From NCBI RefSeq assembly GCF_000010065.1, contig NC_006576.1:390001-422000 (forward strand): 32,000 bases of DNA, written 5' to 3'. This stretch comes from Synechococcus elongatus PCC 6301 (GTDB lineage: Bacteria; Cyanobacteriota; Cyanobacteriia; Synechococcales; Synechococcaceae). Every line of letters starts with the position of its first letter. Position 1 is the stretch's first letter. Both the position numbers and the translations under genes were made by a program. Of this stretch, positions 31,815-32,000 are shown piece after piece. Under the pieces are notes generated by a model. That model searched no databases, had not been told where the DNA came from, and saw only the letters and a list, made by a program, of their open reading frames with translations.

Positions 31815-31839
31815 AGGGGTTCGAATCCCCTTAGCTCCA
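31815..31839 (+). other. Orphan tRNA/tmRNA-like 3' end (T-arm plus 3' acceptor strand)
   Basis: AGGGG-TTCGAAT-CCCCT followed by TAGCTCC-A. No matching 5' acceptor strand (GGAGCTA or GGGGCTA), D-arm or anticodon arm in the expected upstream position. Confidence 0.55.
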
Positions 31840-32000
31840 TCTTTCAGGAATTGAATGACTGCGAATTGCAGGCTGATCGCAGTAGCGCTAAAGGGTGTTC
31901 AACAGCTCACAGATTAAGTTACCAAGAACTGTTATTGGTTGGGATGCTGTTAGGTTGCTGACGCTATTTCATTTTACTTGCAGAGGGAAAAACTCTTCCA

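Noticed and set aside
31740-31840. Complete tRNA gene at the right edge
   Set aside because: Only the T-arm and 3' acceptor strand can be drawn; no complementary 5' acceptor strand or anticodon arm found in the expected positions.
31656-31961. 101 aa plus-strand ORF across the orphan T-arm
   Set aside because: Runs through the tRNA-like sequence, with no recognisable motif and no obvious ribosome-binding site; likely spurious.

Overview
This window is chromosomal DNA from a HIP1-rich (GCGATCGC) unicellular cyanobacterium, probably of the Synechococcus elongatus PCC 7942/6301 type. That assignment rests on gene content and composition, not on a database match. Most of it is dense housekeeping and photosynthesis genes. 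In order, I read: a methyltransferase-glycosyltransferase fusion, a flippase-like membrane protein, an SpoU/TrmH-family methyltransferase, lpdA, trpC, sipA-like, pdxJ, a plsC-like gene, gmk, pepA, mobA, a RibD-C reductase, a duplicated-domain PTPS/QueD protein, ndhJ-ndhK-ndhC, rubredoxin, ycf48, psbE-psbF-psbL-psbJ, a DUF2064-GT2 fusion, lnt, an Fe-S cryptochrome/photolyase, ispF, a peptide-binding lipoprotein, larB, a CpcS-type lyase and a serine-recombinase-family protein. No CRISPR array or complete prophage is visible. Five signals deserve follow-up: (1) a two-copy intergenic double-hairpin element at 6102-6170 and 15545-15617, which may be an ncRNA or mobile repeat; (2) an apparent 1-nt deletion near the 3' end of psbL; (3) a large serine recombinase whose catalytic Ser and Arg motifs look replaced; (4) an orphan tRNA/tmRNA-like 3' end at 31815-31839, next to gene-poor DNA; (5) a tandem PTPS protein with one degenerate active site.
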